Source of the DNA: Tubulanus polymorphus
Taxonomy: Eukaryota; Animalia; Nemertea
Assembly: GCF_964204645.1 (NCBI RefSeq)
Contig: NC_134033.1
Location: 4,860,231 to 4,924,230, forward strand
Reading direction: 5' to 3'
Length of the DNA: 64,000 bases
Shown: piece by piece, positions 63,272-64,000 of the stretch
Position numbering within the stretch: the first letter of the stretch is position 1
Layout of the letters: every line of letters starts with the position of its first letter
Program-made: the position numbers and the translations under genes
Notes under the pieces: generated by a model
What the model saw: the letters and a program-made list of their open reading frames with translations, nothing else
What the model was told of the DNA's origin: nothing
Database searches by the model: none

Positions 63272-64000
63272 TTTAAACTTTTTACTATTTGCTGACGATA
63301 CGACTGCCATTAACTCTCATTCCGATCTGAATATACTGCAATCAAATACTAATGTTGAGCTCACTAAACTGTTTAACTGGCTAAACTCCAATAGGCTATC
63401 TGCTAATCTGTTGAAAACGAATTATATGCTTTTCCATAAAAAGATCAATATTCTTGATGATATCGACCTTGTAATGGGTAATGTTTCAATAACTAGAAAC
63501 AGAGAAACAAAATTCCTTGGTGTAATAATTGACGACAGCCTAACATGGAACTCCCACATAAACAAGCTGTGCTCTATTGTTAGCAGAAATATTGGTGTAT
63601 TAAGAAAAGCACGACGTATTTTTCCTAGATCCGCGCTCATCAAGTTATTCAACGGTTTCATCCTTCCGTATCTACAGTACTGTAATATCGTCTGGGCATC
63701 TAATTATGTAACTAGGTTACGACCCCTTATTTTGCTTCAAAAACGCGCTATTCGCATTGCTAGTGGGGTAAATTTTCTAGAACACACTACTCCACTGTTC
63801 AAAAAGTCGTATCAACTCAAACTTCAAGACATCAATGTGTTCCAAAATTCTGTACTGATGTATAAATCTGTCCATGTGTTGCTGCCTGTCAAATTGTCCA
63901 ATAGTTTAATTCGTATTTCTGATCTTCATTCCCACAACACCCGTAACTCTAATCAATTTCGTTTACCTTATTACAGAACCAATATCAGGATGTTTTCTCC
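63240..64000 (+). mobile_element. 5'-truncated L2/Crack-clade LINE RT running off the window
   Basis: Open frame LLFADDT...WLNSNRLSAN..KT...KFLGVIIDDSLTWNSHI...LPYLQYCNIVWAS...LQKRAIR...HTTPLF...HNTR; absent from the ORF track because there is no stop in the window; 5' boundary approximate (63240-63275). Confidence 0.9.

Overview
AT-rich animal genomic DNA, probably from a lophotrochozoan invertebrate (inferred from gene and repeat families; not bacterial). The window is a receptor-gene birth-and-death cluster. A block of at least 16 kb (1-~16200) is repeated in direct orientation at ~36428-~52350. Each copy carries an intronless class A (FMRFamide-receptor-like) GPCR, a 7-exon type I membrane receptor that the ORF track misses (two Ig-like domains, TM helix, tail with an ITIM and a YxxM motif), and a 2-exon somatomedin-B/Cys-rich Methuselah/adhesion-type GPCR on the opposite strand. 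Both GPCRs are frameshifted in the left copy and intact in the right copy; the Ig receptor is intact in both. Between the copies lie two more frameshifted class A GPCRs, two GPCR fragments, a third adhesion-type GPCR killed by an RTE-X-like LINE, an orphan NUFIP1-like zinc-finger exon, a SINE, HINE/Helitron-type repeats, MITEs and a BEL/Pao fragment. The right end holds a foldback element, a secreted single-CUB-domain gene and an L2/Crack LINE. The best candidate for an undescribed system is the duplicated, diversifying ITIM-bearing Ig receptor. All alignments were done by eye, and the duplication could be an uncollapsed haplotype.
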